From Myxococcota bacterium (GTDB taxonomy: Bacteria; Myxococcota_A; UBA796; CAJQPC01), in assembly GCA_036229005.1 (NCBI GenBank), contig JAZAMN010000011.1, positions 1 through 64,000 on the forward strand: a DNA stretch of 64,000 nt. The letters are read 5' to 3'. The notes beneath the pieces were generated by a model. That model was not told the origin of the DNA. It ran no database searches and saw only the letters and a list, made by a program, of their open reading frames with translations. This document shows positions 61,669-64,000 of this stretch, in pieces. Within the stretch, counting starts at the first letter, position 1. Each line of letters opens with the position of its first letter. The position numbers and the translations under genes were made by a program.

Positions 61669-62625
61669 CTAGAGCGGCGCGATGCTCCAGTAGCGGTCAT
61701 TGAGCTCCCGCATGCCCATGCGGGAGCTCACGTTGAGCGCCAGGAAGCCGTCGATCTTGCTGGGGAGCCTGGGGACCACCAAGAGGTCCACGTTCTTGAA
61801 GGTCACCGTGCCCACCTGGATGCTGTCCACGTGCACCAGCTTGCCCTCGAGCGTGCCCACGCCGGTCAGCATGCTCAGGTGCGGCATCACCTCGGTCACG
61901 CCCTCGGCGCCCTCCATCGCTGCGGCGTCGACGTAGGTCCAGGCCGCAGAGGTGTCCAGGCCCAGCCAGAGCTCCTTGCCCGCGAGCTGGGTCTCGAAGC
62001 GCCAGTACCCGTCGGAGGGGTCCTGACGGACCTTGCCCTCCTCTTTGAGCTGGACGCCCTCACACTCCGGGTGCTGCCCTTCGAGCGTGGCGATCGCGGT
62101 GCCGGCCGTGCCCCGCAGCTCGGGACTGACGAACCAGAGCTGCCCCCAGGTCACCATCGCGTCGCAGGGCTTCTGAAGCTCCTCCTGCAGCTCGGCCAGC
62201 GCCCGGAGCTGCCGGTGCCCCTTGGAGCCCCTGGCGGCGACCTGCTGGCGGCGCAGGGTCAGCGCCTCGTCCTGTCGGCCGGCGAGGGCGAGCTCGGCCA
62301 CGAGCTGGTCCGCGTAAGGGGAGTTGGGCTTCCCATCGCTCAGCGCCTGGGCGAGCTCGATGGCCTTGGCGTGGTCCGCGAGCTGAATCGCCAGGTCCAG
62401 GTGCTTGCTCATCAGCGTCTTGTTCTCGCCGCAGGCCGCGTGGAAGTCGCTGTAGACCTGCATGGCCGCGGGCCCATCACCCGCCTCTGCGAGGGTCGTC
62501 GCCAAGGCGTTGACAGAGTCCGTCTTGCAAGGGGCGGCCGCCACCGACTTGCGGTGGTTGTCGATGGCCGTGGCGTAGACCCCGTAGGGGCTCGGCTCGC
62601 AAGCGCTCAGCAGGAGCAACAACAT
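61669..62625 (-). CDS. Lipoprotein with TPR-like helices and retropepsin-like aspartyl protease domain
   Basis: GGAGGT RBS, MLLLLLSAC, LGLDTSAAWT (DTG variant), VDSIQVG, IDGFLAL (GxLG variant). Confidence 0.7.
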   Translation of the reverse strand: MLLLLLSACEPSPYGVYATAIDNHRKSVAAAPCKTDSVNALATTLAEAGDGPAAMQVYSDFHAACGENKTLMSKHLDLAIQLADHAKAIELAQALSDGKPNSPYADQLVAELALAGRQDEALTLRRQQVAARGSKGHRQLRALAELQEELQKPCDAMVTWGQLWFVSPELRGTAGTAIATLEGQHPECEGVQLKEEGKVRQDPSDGYWRFETQLAGKELWLGLDTSAAWTYVDAAAMEGAEGVTEVMPHLSMLTGVGTLEGKLVHVDSIQVGTVTFKNVDLLVVPRLPSKIDGFLALNVSSRMGMRELNDRYWSIAPL

Positions 62626-62691
62626 GATGACCTCCAGGCTCCCCCTCCCCCACTCGCGGAGGCTCTGGAACCGAGGCCCACAATAACCGAC

Positions 62692-63375
62692 TCAGCGCTC
62701 CAGGCAGCGCTCCACCTGCGCGGCGGTCTCCCCGACAAAGGCGACGCCCTGGGGTCCCGGGGTGCCGCACTGCTTCTGGCCGTTGACCAGCACGCAAGGG
62801 TCCACCAGCCGACCATCCGGCGGAGGCTCGCCGGCCGCAGAGACCCGGCAGTGGACGGGCCCCCGGAAGAAGTCCAGGCCGATGTGGAAGGACTGGATCC
62901 GGATGTCGTAGCGGCTGGAGAGATCGTCCCGGTACACAGCCAGGGCGACCAGCAGCGGCGAGAGGGCCTGCAGGTCGGCGGGCGAGGCCTTGGGCGGCGT
63001 GCGGAGCGCCCCCGGCGGCACCAGGATGCGGATGCGGCCCAGGTGCTTCTCGCTGTCAAAGCTGATGGTGAGCTGGACGGTCTCCGAGAAATAGGGCGCC
63101 AGCGCCACGCTCAGCGCCGTGATGGCCTTCTGGTCGGAGAAGTAGCTCTTGTAGAGGGCGCCGATGCCCTCCCAGACGATCTCCACTGGCACCAGCTCAG
63201 CGCCCTCGACGGGGGTCGGGGGCGGTGCGGGCTCGGCGGGCGCCTGGGACAGCAAGGCCTGGGCCGCAGCCTCCGCCTCTTCTGGCGTGGGCTGGGTGAC
63301 CTCGGGGGCGGGCGGATCGCTGCAGCCGCTCCCGAGCAGGAGCAGCCCCAGGACGGTGGGCCCGAAGGCGATCAG
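62692..63375 (-). CDS. Hypothetical lipoprotein, probable CTG start
   Basis: The frame of track ORF 62692..63255 extends upstream through IAFGPTVLGLLLLGSGC to CTG at 63375, which overlaps the upstream TGA. Confidence 0.65.
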   Translation of the reverse strand: MIAFGPTVLGLLLLGSGCSDPPAPEVTQPTPEEAEAAAQALLSQAPAEPAPPPTPVEGAELVPVEIVWEGIGALYKSYFSDQKAITALSVALAPYFSETVQLTISFDSEKHLGRIRILVPPGALRTPPKASPADLQALSPLLVALAVYRDDLSSRYDIRIQSFHIGLDFFRGPVHCRVSAAGEPPPDGRLVDPCVLVNGQKQCGTPGPQGVAFVGETAAQVERCLER

Positions 63376-63893
63376 GAGATCAGCCCCTTCCGCTTCTTCA
63401 CATCGCGGACGGCCTTGTCCATCGCGACCTCGAAGTCGACGGTGCCCTCCTTGATGTTCTTGATGGAGGCGCGGGCCTCCTCGCGGATGGCGCGCTCGTC
63501 GACATCGTGGGTGCGGATCAGGTCCAGGGTCTTGCGCCAGAGCAGGCCGTCATCGGTGAAGACCTCCTCGACGAAGCGGCTGATCATGAAGTTCTCGATG
63601 AACTGCCGGGCCAGGAACTTCTCGACCGCGTCGCCGGTGGGGTGGTTCCACTCCTCGGCCACGCGGTTGCGCCACTTGCCGTACTGGTCGTAGCTGGCGT
63701 TGACGGTGGCCATCTGCTCCTTGACCTTGTCGCGGAGCTGGTAGTCCCGGCGGAGGTACTCCTCCATGATGGACACCAGATCCAGCTCGGCCTCCGAGCG
63801 GTTGGCGGGCTCAACCTCGATGTCTCCGCCGTTGCAGAGCTCCTCGATGACGTGGCGCGCGATCTCCGGGACGCGGGCGCGGTAGAGCTTCAT
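63372..63893 (-). CDS. DUF507-like protein
   Basis: MKLYRARVPEIA, V EEVFTDD region, EEARASIKNIKEGTVDFEV...KRKGL. GGAGG upstream of ATG 63893. Confidence 0.8.
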   Translation of the reverse strand: MKLYRARVPEIARHVIEELCNGGDIEVEPANRSEAELDLVSIMEEYLRRDYQLRDKVKEQMATVNASYDQYGKWRNRVAEEWNHPTGDAVEKFLARQFIENFMISRFVEEVFTDDGLLWRKTLDLIRTHDVDERAIREEARASIKNIKEGTVDFEVAMDKAVRDVKKRKGLIS

Positions 63894-64000
63894 TCCAGCC
63901 TCCTGTGCCGGGTTCACTAGCCGCTCGGAGCCCGCTGCGCCAACCCCAGCGGCGAATGGTGGAGGCCGGATGCAGAAAAGTCGAAATGCAGCCCCTCAGT

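Noticed and set aside
63957..64000. tRNA/tmRNA-like end on the minus strand (GGGGCTGCATTTCGAC...GGCCTCCACCA)
   Set aside because: It has a CCA-like end and TTCGA, but the spacing does not give a T-arm and acceptor stem, and the window ends here. It needs tRNAscan/ARAGORN on the extended sequence.

Overview
GC-rich bacterial chromosomal window, most consistent with a Myxococcota-type genome. This is an inference from a MYXO-CTERM-like tail, Cys/Asp-rich repeat proteins, several Hanks-type kinases and a STAND-TPR regulator. About 55 protein-coding genes are supported. Housekeeping genes include fabF/fabZ-like, pepA, rlmE, engB, mtnA, lon, a DnaJ-class protein, clpX, a YqgE/AlgH protein, a FliA/WhiG-type sigma factor, and M23 and M14 peptidases. 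They are interspersed with many lipoproteins of unknown function. I could not support any rRNA, tRNA, CRISPR array, transposase or integrase. Most notable: (1) a tandem array of seven lipoproteins (29137-38760), each with a lipid anchor, a variable-length Cys/Asp repeat stalk, a conserved two-repeat neck, and a head domain with a fixed Cys/Trp framework but highly divergent loops, a candidate diversified surface-receptor repertoire with a duplicated promoter block; (2) about 16 lipoproteins whose signal peptides are only 7-11 residues, nearly all without a basic n-region; (3) two intergenic elements of different sequence sharing one architecture, exactly 31-bp-periodic direct repeats followed by 31-bp-periodic inverted copies, both between convergent genes; (4) a BRCT/LRR + MoxR-like AAA + DUF2201/vWA operon with a HEXXH-to-HALLH substitution; (5) several degenerate signalling enzymes, a lipid-anchored pilin-like domain, a likely CTG start and several probable leaderless genes. 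Family assignments come from motif recognition only; no searches were run.
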